From Clostridia bacterium (GTDB lineage: Bacteria; Bacillota; Clostridia; Christensenellales; UBA1242), in assembly GCA_017443885.1 (NCBI GenBank), contig JAFSXW010000052.1, positions 1 to 36,150 on the forward strand: a stretch of DNA of 36,150 bases. Reading direction: 5' to 3'. A model generated the notes under the pieces. That model was not told the origin of the DNA, made no database searches, and saw only the letters and a program-made list of their open reading frames with translations. This document shows positions 1 through 10,254 of the stretch, piece by piece. The stretch's first letter is position 1; every line of letters begins with the position of its first letter. A program made the translations under genes and the position numbers.

Positions 1-294
1 ATCCACGGCAAGAGCCCCACCTGCGGGAACACTTGTTGTTTTAGCCACTTTTAAAATTAAGCTATCTAGTTTTTCTAATTCTGCTTTAAGAAGCCCACTA
101 GCCGTGCTTTCTTCCTTCGATTTAAAAGAATTAGAACAAACAACTTCGGCTAAATTTGTGCTATGATGTGCAGGTGAAAACTTTTGTGGTTTCATTTCGT
201 AAAGAGTAACGCTAATGCCTCTTTTTGCCAATTGATAGCAGGCTTCACAACCAGCGAGCCCGCCACCAATTACAACTGCCTGATTATTCTTCAT
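1..294 (-). CDS. trmFO: tRNA (uracil54-C5)-methyltransferase TrmFO/Gid, N-terminal 98 codons only (gene continues past the left edge)
   Basis: Absent from the ORF track because it is truncated. The reverse-strand ATG at 294 gives [44 protein letters not shown]..., matching the GxGxxG FAD fold and the AWQLAKRGI.V.LYEM.P start typical of TrmFO. It lies directly downstream of topA, as in Bacillus and Clostridia. Its ATG overlaps the topA stop (ATGAAGAATAA, 11-nt overlap). Confidence 0.8.
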   Translation of the reverse strand, partial: MKNNQAVVIGGGLAGCEACYQLAKRGISVTLYEMKPQKFSPAHHSTNLAEVVCSNSFKSKEESTASGLLKAELEKLDSLILKVAKTTSVPAGGALAVD

Positions 295-2416
295 TTTCTT
301 CCTTTACTTCTTCATTTGCTGAATTTATATTTGCTTCTGGCTTTTTAATAGGCTCTTTTCTAGAATAATCACACTTAGGACATTTTATCATTTTATTCAC
401 AGAAAAAACTTTAACTATCATATCTTCGCCACAATTTGGGCATTTTTCGCCAGCAGGGGCATCCCACGCACGCCAATCGCATGATGGATAACCTTCACAA
501 CCATAAAACACTTTTCCGGCTTTTGTTTTAAGTTGTTTCACTGGTTTTCCACATTTTGGACAAGTGCCATAATCTTTTGCGTGCTCATTATATGTTTTAG
601 TGTTTTTGCAAGTTGGGAAATTTGGACAAGCCAAAAACTTACCATATTTGCCTGTTTTAATAACCATTTTTGCCCCACATTTATCGCAAACAACATCACT
701 TTCTTCGTCTGGCATATGGTCAACATAACTATCTTTAAGGGCAACTCTAAGTTCTTTATCAAAACCAGTGTAGAATTCGCCAACAACATTTTGCCACACT
801 TTTCCGCCATATTCAATATCATCTAGTTTATCTTCCATTGTGGCAGTGAATCCAATGTCCATAATGTTTGGGAAGAATTTAATTAGCATATCCACAACTT
901 TTTTACCTAGTTCGGTGGCTTTTAGGGCTTTACCTTCTTTTTCGGCATAATTTCTGCTCATAATAGTTGAAACTGTTTGAGCGTATGTTGCTGGCCTTCC
1001 TATTCCCTTTTCTTCCATTGCCTTAACTAAACTAGATTCTGTGAATCTTGCTGGTGCCTTTGTGAACTTTTGCTCTGGCTTTAATTCTTCAGTTTTAAAA
1101 GTATCATTTTCTTCAATATTTGGAAGTTTAGATGAAACTTCATCTTCACTATCTTCTGGTATGTTATTATATAAAACAGTGTAGCCATCAAATATTAATG
1201 CTCTGCCTGTGGCTCTAAACTTATGGCCACCGCTTTCTATATCCACGCTTAAAGAGTTGTATGACGCATCTGCCATTTGGCTGGCAAGAAATCTATCGTA
1301 AATTAATTTATATAATTTATAGAAAGGCTTACCAATTTTGCCTTCTAGGCTTTCTGGAGTTCTATCTAGCGTGATTGGCCTAATTGCTTCGTGCGCATCT
1401 TGGGCATCTTTTTTATTTTTATAAACTCTTGGTGCACCAGGCAAATATTTATCGCCATATTTATTTGTGATATATTCTTTTGCTCTTTGTGCTGCTTCTG
1501 GCGAAATACGCACACTGTCTGTTCTGATATATGTAACAAGTGGAACTTTGCCCTCGCCTTCAATATCAACGCCTTCGTATAGCCCTTGTGCTGTTTGAGT
1601 GGTTTGTTTTAGGCTCATACCAAGTTTATTAAGTGCATCTTGTTGCATAGTGCTTGTTGTAAATGGAGCGCTTGGATGAGAACTTGTGATGCTCTTTTTA
1701 ACGCTTGTGGCGGTAAAGGTGCCTTTTTTCACATCTTCTAAAATAGCATCCATTTCTTCTTTGGTTTTTATCTTTTTATCTTTGCCATCTAGCAAATATG
1801 CTTTAACTTTTTCTTTTTCGCCTTGTTTTAAAAGAACGGCAGTAAGTGTCCAATACTCTTCTGGTTTAAAGTTTTCTATTTCTCTTTCTCTATCAACTAA
1901 AAGCCTTAAAGTTACCGATTGAACTCTTCCCGCAGAAAGGTTGCCTTGAATTTTTTTGCAAAGCAGTGGAGAAAGTTTATATCCCACTAATCTATCTAGC
2001 ACCCTTCGTGCCTGCTGAGCATCAACAAGGTTTATGTCTATTGCTCTTGGCTCGCTTAAACCTTTTTGAACGGCATTTTTACTAATTTCATTAAAAACTA
2101 TTCTGCAAGTTTCATCTTCTTTTAGGCCTAAAATTTTGCTCATGTGCCATGCTATTGCCTCACCTTCTCTATCAGGGTCGGTTGCAAGAAGCACGCCATC
2201 GGCTTTTTTTGCAACGCTTGTCAATTGCTCAACAAGTTTCTTTTTATCTGGCATAATTGTATATTCTGGTTTAAAATTGTGTTCTATATCCACACCTAAA
2301 CCCTTTGCTGGTAAATCTCTTATATGCCCCATGGTGGCAACAACTTTGTAGCCTTCGCCTAAATATTTTTCAACACTGGCTTTTTTATTAGGGCTTTCTA
2401 TAAATACAACTTTCAT
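284..2416 (-). CDS. topA: DNA topoisomerase I (type IA)
   Basis: 710-aa ORF with an N-terminal TOPRIM domain ([24 protein letters not shown]) and a type IA core. The C-terminus has Cys4 zinc-ribbon repeats ([15 protein letters not shown]; CPKCGKP..CEGYPSC; CPNCGED..CPKC). GGAG Shine-Dalgarno (SD) sequence upstream of the ATG. Conserved dprA-topA-trmFO order. Confidence 0.95.
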   Translation of the reverse strand: MKVVFIESPNKKASVEKYLGEGYKVVATMGHIRDLPAKGLGVDIEHNFKPEYTIMPDKKKLVEQLTSVAKKADGVLLATDPDREGEAIAWHMSKILGLKEDETCRIVFNEISKNAVQKGLSEPRAIDINLVDAQQARRVLDRLVGYKLSPLLCKKIQGNLSAGRVQSVTLRLLVDREREIENFKPEEYWTLTAVLLKQGEKEKVKAYLLDGKDKKIKTKEEMDAILEDVKKGTFTATSVKKSITSSHPSAPFTTSTMQQDALNKLGMSLKQTTQTAQGLYEGVDIEGEGKVPLVTYIRTDSVRISPEAAQRAKEYITNKYGDKYLPGAPRVYKNKKDAQDAHEAIRPITLDRTPESLEGKIGKPFYKLYKLIYDRFLASQMADASYNSLSVDIESGGHKFRATGRALIFDGYTVLYNNIPEDSEDEVSSKLPNIEENDTFKTEELKPEQKFTKAPARFTESSLVKAMEEKGIGRPATYAQTVSTIMSRNYAEKEGKALKATELGKKVVDMLIKFFPNIMDIGFTATMEDKLDDIEYGGKVWQNVVGEFYTGFDKELRVALKDSYVDHMPDEESDVVCDKCGAKMVIKTGKYGKFLACPNFPTCKNTKTYNEHAKDYGTCPKCGKPVKQLKTKAGKVFYGCEGYPSCDWRAWDAPAGEKCPNCGEDMIVKVFSVNKMIKCPKCDYSRKEPIKKPEANINSANEEVKEENEE

Positions 2417-2461
2417 GTTTTCTCCTTTTAGTCGCTAAAAATCATTGTAACACAATTAAAG

Positions 2462-3574
2462 TTAGTTTGGCAAATTTATTTTAGCAAAATAATTGCCAGG
2501 AAGTCTTTTTATTATTCCATTAATTTCTAGCTTTGAAAGCAAACTAATTGCCTGCTTGCTAGAAATTTCCGTTTCTTCGCAAATATCATCTAAATTTTTT
2601 TCTTCACTATCTAGGCAAGATAATATTAAATTTTCTTCCATACTAAACTGAACGCTATTACTATTAGAATTATTAATATTTGCTTCTAAATTAAGCCTCG
2701 CAAGCACTTCTTGTGGCGAAATTGTGAAACAATGCGGAAGTTTTCTAATTAAATTATTACAACCAATGCTTGCATAACTATTAATATTTCCTGGAAGCAC
2801 AAATAATTCTCTATTTTGCTCTACACAATCAGTGGCTGTTTTAATTGCTCCGCTTTTTTCGCCAGCCTCAATAACAATAGTTCCAAGGCTTAACCCACTT
2901 ATTATACGATTTCGCTCTAAAAATGAATATGCTTGTGGCCTTATTCCTATTGGATATTCACTAACAAGTGCTCCACCATTTTTCACAATTTCTTCACTTA
3001 AATTATAATTTTGTGATGGATAAATATTATCTAGCCCGCCAGCTAACACTGCAATGGTTGGTTTTTTAGAGCCAATTGTTGTTTGTGCACAAACAGTATC
3101 AATACCAAAAGCAAGCCCACTCACTGAAACCAGCCCATTTTCTGTTAATTTGCTAGTGAAATATTCACACATCTCTCTGCCATACCTTGTTGGGCGTCTG
3201 GTTCCAACAATTCCAATGCAGTTTTTGTTTAAAACATTTGCATTGCCCTTTACATATAACACAAGTGGAGCATCGATAATGTTTAAAAGCAACGATGGGT
3301 ATTTACTGCTTTCTTTTGTGATTATCTCTATGCCTGCATTATCGTGCGCATCAATAATTTTTTCTAAATAATTTTCATTTAAGGTTTTAGTTATGCTTTC
3401 AATTTCTTTTGCACTAAAAAACTCCGAAATTTTAGTTATATTATTTCTTAAAAATGTTATATAATTTTCTTCGTTATTATTTTGCAAAAAAGATAAAAGC
3501 ACATCTCTTTTTTTGTGCACTAAATTTAGTGAATCTAGCCATATTAAATTACGCTCTTGTTGTGTGTACATCAT
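2462..3574 (-). CDS. dprA: DNA processing protein DprA/Smf
   Basis: 370 aa with DprA Rossmann-type motifs GIVGTRRPTRYG and SGLAFGIDTVCAQ, and a C-terminal winged-helix-like tail. GAGGA SD upstream. Lies between comM and topA. Confidence 0.9.
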   Translation of the reverse strand: MMYTQQERNLIWLDSLNLVHKKRDVLLSFLQNNNEENYITFLRNNITKISEFFSAKEIESITKTLNENYLEKIIDAHDNAGIEIITKESSKYPSLLLNIIDAPLVLYVKGNANVLNKNCIGIVGTRRPTRYGREMCEYFTSKLTENGLVSVSGLAFGIDTVCAQTTIGSKKPTIAVLAGGLDNIYPSQNYNLSEEIVKNGGALVSEYPIGIRPQAYSFLERNRIISGLSLGTIVIEAGEKSGAIKTATDCVEQNRELFVLPGNINSYASIGCNNLIRKLPHCFTISPQEVLARLNLEANINNSNSNSVQFSMEENLILSCLDSEEKNLDDICEETEISSKQAISLLSKLEINGIIKRLPGNYFAKINLPN

Positions 3575-3580
3575 ATCCTC

Positions 3581-5107
3581 TTAAAGTTGAATTTTTTCAA
3601 TATTTCTGTAGCTTATTGCCTCTGTTATATGTTCTGGTTTTATATTTTCGCTATTTTCTAAATCGGCTATAGTGCGTGCAACTTTTAAAATGCGGTTATA
3701 ACCCCTAGCACTCATATTAAACCTATCAAAAGCATCTTCTAAAATCTTTTTAGATTGCTCGTCTAGTTTGCAATATTTATTAATATGGCGAGTTGTCATT
3801 TTTGCATTGCAATAAATGCCGTCATTTTTAAAACGCTCTAATTGAATTTTGCGAGCGTTATTCACACGCTTTTTAACTTCGGCACTTGTTTCTTCGTGGC
3901 TTTCAGAAGATAAATCATAAAACTTAACTCTATCAACATCAATTTTTAAATCTATTCTATCTAAAAGTGGCCCACTTAATCGGCTTAAATATTTATGAAT
4001 AGAAGAAGGCGAACACGAACACTGCAATTCCCTCGAACCATAATTCCCACAAGGGCATGGATTCATGCTGGCAACTAAAATAAAGTTTGCAGGATATGTG
4101 ATTGTTTTGGTGTTTCTTGCAATAGTTATAACTCCATCTTCAAGGGGTTGCCTTAATGTTTCTAGTGATTGCTTTGAATATTCTGGCATTTCGTCTAAAA
4201 ACAACACGCCGTTATGAGCAAGGCTAATTTCGCCTGGTTTTGCCTTATTCCCACCACCAGTTAGTGCCACCGTGGTTGCTGTGTGGTGCGGAGACCTAAA
4301 CGGCCTTGCCGTTACCACGCCTTTATTTAAATCTAGCGTTCCTGCAACGCTGTGAATTTTTGTTATCTCTAATGCTTCTTCAAAAGTTAAATCTGGAAGT
4401 ATTCCAGGAACACACCTTGCAAGCATTGTTTTCCCACTACCCGGAGGGCCAACCATCAATATATTATGCCCACCACACGCTGCAATTTCCATTGCTCTTT
4501 TTGCCACAAATTGCCCACGCACTCGGCTAAAATCCTCGCTTAAAATTGGGCTTTCTTCTGGCTTCCATTCTTTTATTTTTATAGGCTCTTTTGTGATATT
4601 TCCATTTAAAAAATTAAACACATCTAATAAATTAGAAAAACTAAAAACATTAATTCCATCTATAAAACTAGCTTCTCCCTCGTTTCCAGAAGGAATAATA
4701 AAATTAGTGTGCCCACTGTTTTTTGCAGAAATTAATAGTGGCAAAAGCCCATTAATCGCCCTAATTTTGCCATCTAAACTCAGCTCTCCAATAACCACAA
4801 AATCTTTATACTTTTGGCTTTTAATTTGCTCACTTGCAACCAAAATACTAATTGCAATGGCTAAATCAAAAATTGGGCCTTCTTTTTTGGTGCTAGCTGG
4901 TGCAAGATTAATTGTTATGCGCTTACTAGGAAAGGCAAGCATACTGTTTTTAATTGCAGATTCAACCCTTTCTTTGCTTTCTTTAATAGCTGTGTCGGGC
5001 AAACCAACAATATCATATTTAGGGAGGCCAGATTTAATATCAACTTCAACTTCAACTAAATATCCTTCTAGCCCATTTAAGCCAAAACTACTAACTAATC
5101 CAACCAC
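3581..5107 (-). CDS. comM: YifB/ComM family Mg-chelatase-like AAA+ ATPase
   Basis: 508 aa. N-terminal Lon-protease-like domain, Walker A MVGPPGSGKTMLA, Walker B VLFLDEMPE and a C-terminal ChlI-like region. GTG start preceded by a GAAGGAG SD. Confidence 0.9.
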   Translation of the reverse strand: MVGLVSSFGLNGLEGYLVEVEVDIKSGLPKYDIVGLPDTAIKESKERVESAIKNSMLAFPSKRITINLAPASTKKEGPIFDLAIAISILVASEQIKSQKYKDFVVIGELSLDGKIRAINGLLPLLISAKNSGHTNFIIPSGNEGEASFIDGINVFSFSNLLDVFNFLNGNITKEPIKIKEWKPEESPILSEDFSRVRGQFVAKRAMEIAACGGHNILMVGPPGSGKTMLARCVPGILPDLTFEEALEITKIHSVAGTLDLNKGVVTARPFRSPHHTATTVALTGGGNKAKPGEISLAHNGVLFLDEMPEYSKQSLETLRQPLEDGVITIARNTKTITYPANFILVASMNPCPCGNYGSRELQCSCSPSSIHKYLSRLSGPLLDRIDLKIDVDRVKFYDLSSESHEETSAEVKKRVNNARKIQLERFKNDGIYCNAKMTTRHINKYCKLDEQSKKILEDAFDRFNMSARGYNRILKVARTIADLENSENIKPEHITEAISYRNIEKIQL

Positions 5108-5271
5108 TTAAAAATCTCCTTCAATTTATCTTATCACACTACTTAATTTTTTGCAAGAAAAAGATAAAATGAAATTTAAAATGGCGGTTTTCTAAATTTT
5201 TTTATAAATCTTATTATGAAATAATAAACGTATAAACTTATTCATAACTATAAAAAATTTAAGTTCTATTT

Positions 5272-5305
5272 AGTAAAAAACAACCCTTTTTCAGGTTGTT
5301 TTTTA
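5272..5305 (-). terminator. Intrinsic terminator downstream of sigE
   Basis: AACAACC / GGTTGTT stem (5279-5285 with 5294-5300), flanked by an A-run and a T-run. On the minus strand the hairpin is followed by a U-run. Confidence 0.7.
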
Positions 5306-5348
5306 ATTATTTTTCAACATCAATGCTTTATTTTACATTATAAAAATT

Positions 5349-6065
5349 TTAATTTAAATAAAACATCAACTCTTCTTTTAAATTTTCTATTATTTTCTTT
5401 TCTAGCCTAGAAATATAACTTTGGCTAATATTAAGTTTATCTGCCACTTGTTTTTGCGTTAATTCTTCGGCATCAGAAGAAAGCCCAAATCTTAAATTCA
5501 TAATCTGCATTTCTCTTTCATTTAATTTTGAAAGTGCTTTTTTAAGCACTTGTTTTTCTATGTCGTTATCATAATTTTTGCTCACTTCATCTGGTGGCGT
5601 GCCAAGACAATCGCTTAGTGTTAGTTCATTTCCATCGCTATCTGTGTTTAGTGGATCTTCTAAACTAACCTCTCGCTTTTCTTTAGCCTTTTTTCTTAAA
5701 AACATTAAAATTTCATTTTCTATGCAACGACTGGCATATGTTGCCATTTTTATATTTTTATCGCTTTTAAAAGAGCCAACGGCTTTAATTAACCCAACTG
5801 TGCCAACGCTAATTAAATCATCCATATTAATGCCGGTGTTATCAAATTTTTGTGCTGTGTAAACAACCAGCCTTAAATTGTGTTCTATAAGTTTTTGTCT
5901 TGCATCTAAGTTGCCTTCTTGCACGGCACACGCTAAACTTTGCTCTTCATCTTGTGAAAGTTTATCTGGCAAAATATTTGCCCCAAGAGAAATATAGAAT
6001 AAAGCATTATGTTTGGCAATTTTCATTTTAATTTTTTCTATTATCTTTTTTATAATGTTTAGCAT
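5349..6065 (-). CDS. sigE: Sporulation sigma factor SigE (pro-sigma-E)
   Basis: Near-colinear with B. subtilis SigE as I remember it: LIEHNLRLVVYTAQKFDNTGINMDDLISVGTVGLIKAV, ATYASRCIENEILMFLRK, ISQSYISRLEKKII. Has the N-terminal pro-sequence and lies immediately downstream of spoIIGA. The ORF track starts at 6080. I prefer the ATG at 6065 (MLNIIKK) because GGAGGG sits 8 nt upstream of it. Confidence 0.9.
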   Translation of the reverse strand: MLNIIKKIIEKIKMKIAKHNALFYISLGANILPDKLSQDEEQSLACAVQEGNLDARQKLIEHNLRLVVYTAQKFDNTGINMDDLISVGTVGLIKAVGSFKSDKNIKMATYASRCIENEILMFLRKKAKEKREVSLEDPLNTDSDGNELTLSDCLGTPPDEVSKNYDNDIEKQVLKKALSKLNEREMQIMNLRFGLSSDAEELTQKQVADKLNISQSYISRLEKKIIENLKEELMFYLN

Positions 6066-6081
6066 TTTATTTCCCTCCATT

Positions 6082-6945
6082 TTAAGCTAACATACACGGA
6101 TGCAATAATGCATCATAAGAAATGCTATCGCAAAAGTTATAATCTGCAACGCCAACCATCACATTGCTAATAAATTTTTTGCCTTTAAATTCGTATTCGA
6201 GTTTATGTGGTGCAAACACAAGCATTGGCTTAGTTTTTCCACTAAGTGTTGAATATTGAATAAAATGTGCTGTTTTAAGTTCTTTATTAGGATTGGTTTG
6301 GTTTTCTTCTATTTTCTGTAGCACTTCCTTTGTTAAAACATTTTTTAAGGCACTTTTTGAAACAATTATCACTGGAAGCCCTGTTTTATTATCAAACAAT
6401 CTATTTCCACTATCTATAAAGCCATTAAAAACTGCCGTGTGCCCATTGAGTTCTAGCGTTACTTTTGCCATAAAATTAACGCAATCGCGCCGTCTATAAA
6501 AATGTCTTGCAATAATGCTAATTAGCCAAATATATGCACTTATAATTAACAGCATTAGCCCTAATGGAATTTTTGCATCATAACCCATACTTGAATAATT
6601 TGTGTTTATGTTTCCTCCAACAAGTAAAATTAAGCTCACGCATGCCCCACCCATTAAGAAAGTTAGCGACACAAAAACAATTAAACTAATTGCAAAAGTT
6701 TTAAAGTTTTTAATTTTATATGCAATAAGCACCATCATTATTCCAAGTGCACATTTAGTTAAAATTAAAAGCCACATTTGCATATTTATAAGTGGCAATA
6801 AAACAGCCACTGCAGTGCCTAGCATAGCAGATAAAATTAACCTTAATTTATTTGCTTTTAGGTGAAGACATTTACTCGTGATCAATAGCAGTAAAAAATT
6901 AATTATTAAATTGTCTATCACAACATATTCAATATAAATCTTCAT
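6082..6945 (-). CDS. spoIIGA: Sigma-E processing peptidase SpoIIGA
   Basis: 287 aa with five N-terminal TM helices and a C-terminal aspartic-protease domain carrying the FIDSGN motif (DxGN). Directly upstream of sigE. No recognisable SD (see findings). Confidence 0.85.
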   Translation of the reverse strand: MKIYIEYVVIDNLIINFLLLLITSKCLHLKANKLRLILSAMLGTAVAVLLPLINMQMWLLILTKCALGIMMVLIAYKIKNFKTFAISLIVFVSLTFLMGGACVSLILLVGGNINTNYSSMGYDAKIPLGLMLLIISAYIWLISIIARHFYRRRDCVNFMAKVTLELNGHTAVFNGFIDSGNRLFDNKTGLPVIIVSKSALKNVLTKEVLQKIEENQTNPNKELKTAHFIQYSTLSGKTKPMLVFAPHKLEYEFKGKKFISNVMVGVADYNFCDSISYDALLHPCMLA

Positions 6946-6970
6946 ACCATAATTTTACGAAATAAAAATA

Positions 6971-7000
6971 AAACCACCGTTTAAAAATTTTTGTGGTTTT
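6971..7000 (-). terminator. Hairpin/terminator downstream of fhs, immediately upstream of spoIIGA
   Basis: AAAACCAC...GTGGTTTT arms with an AT-rich loop. On the minus strand it is followed by TTTTATTTTTATTT. The stem is weak (4 G:C pairs). Confidence 0.5.
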
Positions 7001-7047
7001 ATTAATTTCTTCACAACTTTTGGCAAATAATAGATTTTTAAATAACT

Positions 7048-8694
7048 TTAAAACAATCCTTTTATTTTGCCACTGCTATCTATTTGCATATCTTCACTAA
7101 CAGGTTTTTTAGGAAGTGCTGGCATTAAAAGCATACTTCCACAAATTGCCACTAAAAAGCCAGCCCCGCCCCTAATTTCTATATTTTTTATAGGAAGCAC
7201 AAAATTTTCGGGCACATTTAGAAGGTTTTTATCGGCACTTAAACTAAATTGAGTTTTCGCCATAATAATTGGCAGTGTATCTAATTTTAATTTATTTATA
7301 GTTTTTATATCTTCTTTCGCTGTTTCGCTTAATTCTATATCTTTTGCGCCATAAACCTTTTTAGCAATATCTCTAATTTTATCTTCCACGCTTTCGTTAT
7401 AGCTATATGCAAAATGCAAAGGTTTATTATTGCTTTCGATGGTTTTTAGCACTTCTTTTGCTAATATAATAGCGCCTTTCCCTCCATCTGTGAAAACTGA
7501 ATTAACTATAACTTCACATTTGTCTTTTAAAGCGTTTTTCACAGCACTAATTTCATTAATGGTGTCTGTTTCATATTTATTTAATGTTACCACCACTGGC
7601 ACATTATACACATTTTTTAAAACATCTATATGCCAAACTAGATTTTTAATTCCTTCTTTCACTGCCGTTATATTTTCTTCATTTAAGTTCTCTTCACTGG
7701 CTCCGCCATGAAGTTTTAAAGCAGGAATTGTTGCCACCACCACTGCACAGGCTGGTTTCTCATTTATTTCTCGGCATTTAAAATCTATAAACTTTTCTGC
7801 ACCTAAATCTGCGCCAAAGCCCGCTTCGGTTATAACATAATCTGCTAAATTAAGTGCTGTTTTTGTGGCTATAACACTGTTTGCTCCGTGTGCAATATTT
7901 GCAAAAGGCCCTAAATGAACAAGCGCTGGAGTTCTCCCAAGTGTTTGAACAAGGTTTGGTTTTAAGGCATTTTTTAAAAGAATAGCCATTGCTTCTGTGG
8001 CATTTAAACTTTTAGCATAAACGGGATTGTCGTTTTCATCAAGCGCCACAATAATATTATCTAGCCTGTTTTTTAAATCTTCAAGAGACGTTGCTAAACA
8101 CATTATTGCCATAATTTCACTTGCGGCAGTAATATTAAAATGTTCTTTTCTTGAATATTTATTACTGCAAATTGTTAAATCTCTAAGTGCACGATCATTT
8201 ACATCTAAGCACCTAGAAAAGAAAATTTTATTTGGATTAATTTTAAGAGTGTTTCCAAAATAAATATGATTGTCTATCACCGAACACAAAAGATTGTTTG
8301 CGCTAGTTATTGCATGAAAATCTCCCGTGAAATGAAGATTAATTTCTTCCATTGGAACAATCTGAGAAAATCCACCACCAGTGGCCCCTCCCTTCATTCC
8401 AAAAACAGGCCCTAAAGAAGGCTCCCTAAGTGCCAAACAAACCTTCTTTTTTAAAATAGTGAAAGCATCGCCTAAACCAATGCTAACTGTTGTTTTGCCG
8501 TTGCCTGCTTTAGTTGGATTTATGCTTGTAACTAATATTAATTTACTATGGTTGTTTTTTGCCATTTTGGGCTCTACTTTTGCAATATATTTGCCATAAA
8601 AATTTAAATCTTCTTTTTTTAGATTCAATTTTTTTGCTATCTTTTCAATTTGTAGTATTTTAGCATTTTGACTTATTTCTATATCTGAAAGCAT
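7048..8694 (-). CDS. fhs: Formate--tetrahydrofolate ligase
   Basis: MLSDIEISQNAK start, nucleotide loop INPTKAGNGKTT, and length and overall pattern of FTHFS. The ORF track starts at 8724. The ATG at 8694 has AGGAG 8 nt upstream and matches the usual M.SDIEI N-terminus. Confidence 0.93.
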   Translation of the reverse strand: MLSDIEISQNAKILQIEKIAKKLNLKKEDLNFYGKYIAKVEPKMAKNNHSKLILVTSINPTKAGNGKTTVSIGLGDAFTILKKKVCLALREPSLGPVFGMKGGATGGGFSQIVPMEEINLHFTGDFHAITSANNLLCSVIDNHIYFGNTLKINPNKIFFSRCLDVNDRALRDLTICSNKYSRKEHFNITAASEIMAIMCLATSLEDLKNRLDNIIVALDENDNPVYAKSLNATEAMAILLKNALKPNLVQTLGRTPALVHLGPFANIAHGANSVIATKTALNLADYVITEAGFGADLGAEKFIDFKCREINEKPACAVVVATIPALKLHGGASEENLNEENITAVKEGIKNLVWHIDVLKNVYNVPVVVTLNKYETDTINEISAVKNALKDKCEVIVNSVFTDGGKGAIILAKEVLKTIESNNKPLHFAYSYNESVEDKIRDIAKKVYGAKDIELSETAKEDIKTINKLKLDTLPIIMAKTQFSLSADKNLLNVPENFVLPIKNIEIRGGAGFLVAICGSMLLMPALPKKPVSEDMQIDSSGKIKGLF

Positions 8695-8796
8695 TACATT
8701 TTCTCCTTTTTTAATTTCGGGCAATAAACAACCTAGTTTTTTTATGTTAACAAATAATCTCTAATTTTAAACAACATATCATTTAAAACAGCTAGT

Positions 8797-9510
8797 TTAT
8801 TCTTTGCCATCATCATATATTAAAACTGGATCGTGATTTATTTGGTCTGTTGATGTTAAAAAATATTTTATATTATGCCTTAAAACTGAAAGAGCATAGT
8901 TATTATTTTTGCCATGAAGATGCCCATAAATAACATAATCCACATTATGCTCTTCAAACAATTTTGTAAATGCCGTATCTTCAAATTTAGCATTATATGG
9001 TGGAAAATGGAACATACAAAACACAATATCGCCTTCGTTTCGGCGTTTTTCCATATCTTCTAGTGTTAAATTAAGCCTAATTACTTCTCTGTCAAAAATC
9101 TTCTGGTCTTGCTCGGTGTATGGTTTATTCACTTCCCTCACCTGCCAGCCACGCGTGCCACAGAAAATGCAGTTGTTAATTTTAACACTATTATTTTGAA
9201 GTGCTATTATGCTTTTTGGCAAAACTTCTTTAACTTTAGTAAGAGAATTCCACCAAAGTTCGTGATTTCCTTTTATTATAATTTTTGTTCCCGGAAGCGA
9301 ACCTAAAAAATTTAAGTCTGCCTTAGCGTTTTCTAGTTTTAATGCCCAACTAATATCGCCAGCCACCAAAACAATATCGTTTTCGCCAACTTTCTTGCGC
9401 CAATTTTCTTCAATTTTTTGAGCATAGTTAGACCAACCATCACCAAAAATATCCATTGGCTTATCGCTATCAAAACTTAAATGTGTGTCGCTAAGCGCCC
9501 AAATTTTCAT
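8797..9510 (-). CDS. Calcineurin-like metallophosphoesterase
   Basis: 237 aa with phosphoesterase motifs SDTHL, VAGDISW, GNHE and YGHLHG. GGAG SD upstream. Confidence 0.75.
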   Translation of the reverse strand: MKIWALSDTHLSFDSDKPMDIFGDGWSNYAQKIEENWRKKVGENDIVLVAGDISWALKLENAKADLNFLGSLPGTKIIIKGNHELWWNSLTKVKEVLPKSIIALQNNSVKINNCIFCGTRGWQVREVNKPYTEQDQKIFDREVIRLNLTLEDMEKRRNEGDIVFCMFHFPPYNAKFEDTAFTKLFEEHNVDYVIYGHLHGKNNNYALSVLRHNIKYFLTSTDQINHDPVLIYDDGKE

Positions 9511-9577
9511 TGTCGTCTCCTTTTGTATTTTTGTGCAAAATAAACATTTATTTTTAGTTTTTCTTGCAAAATTATAA

Positions 9578-10165
9578 TTAATTTTCTAAAATTTGCAATA
9601 TTTTATTGCAAATTTCTTTCTTACCATATCCTGTTTCACTGCTTATTATTATTATATTCTCTTGCCCAGTTTTAAGAGTTTTTGCAATTTCTAGTTTACA
9701 TTTTGCCATTTCACTCTTTTTAATTTTATCTTGTTTGGTGGCAACAAGTATCACCGGAATATTATAATAAACTAAATAATTAAGCATTTCTAAATCTTTA
9801 CTACTAGGTGTGTGCCTAATATCTAAAAGCAAAATGCAAGCCTTTAAATTTTTGCTTGTGCTTAAATAATTATTAATCATATTTGCCCACTTATTTTGTT
9901 CTTCTGTTGTGGCTTTTGCATAACCATATCCGGGCAAATCCACAAGCAAAAATTCATCATTAACGCTAAACAAATTTATAAGTCTTGTTCTGCCTGGCGT
10001 GCTAGATGTTTTTGCCATTTTTTTATTTTCTGCAAGCATATTTATAAAACTAGATTTGCCAACATTGCTCCTGCCAACTATGGCTATTTGAGCATTATTT
10101 AGTTCATCTTCTTTGCCACTTGTTTGTGATAAAGATTTTAAAAATTTTATATTTTTAACTTCCAT
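9578..10165 (-). CDS. engB: Ribosome biogenesis GTP-binding protein YsxC/YihA (EngB)
   Basis: 195 aa. G1 GRSNVGKSSFIN, G3 DLPGYG, G4 TKQDK. Typical EngB length. Confidence 0.9.
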   Translation of the reverse strand: MEVKNIKFLKSLSQTSGKEDELNNAQIAIVGRSNVGKSSFINMLAENKKMAKTSSTPGRTRLINLFSVNDEFLLVDLPGYGYAKATTEEQNKWANMINNYLSTSKNLKACILLLDIRHTPSSKDLEMLNYLVYYNIPVILVATKQDKIKKSEMAKCKLEIAKTLKTGQENIIIISSETGYGKKEICNKILQILEN

Positions 10166-10254
10166 TTTTAACCTTTTGTGATTATTTTTTAATTTCGTTT
10201 TTTTGAAAAAATATCAATTTTAATTCAAAATTTGATGATTTTTTATTAAAAACA

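Noticed and set aside
4593-5111. Long antisense ORFs inside real genes: 4593-5111 (+), 11323-11757 (+), 12370-12861 (+), 19804-20193 (+), 23840-24280 (+), 3054-3371 (+) and similar
   Set aside because: They lie fully inside well-supported genes on the opposite strand. They have no SD or promoter, and they encode low-complexity Ser/Leu/Phe-rich products, typical of shadow frames of AT-rich coding sequence.
5128-5156. Sigma-A promoter TTGCAA-17-TGaTAAGAT for comM-dprA-topA
   Set aside because: The hexamers are good. However, the predicted transcription start would fall inside the GAAGGAG SD of comM (5116-5122), so I do not list it as a feature.
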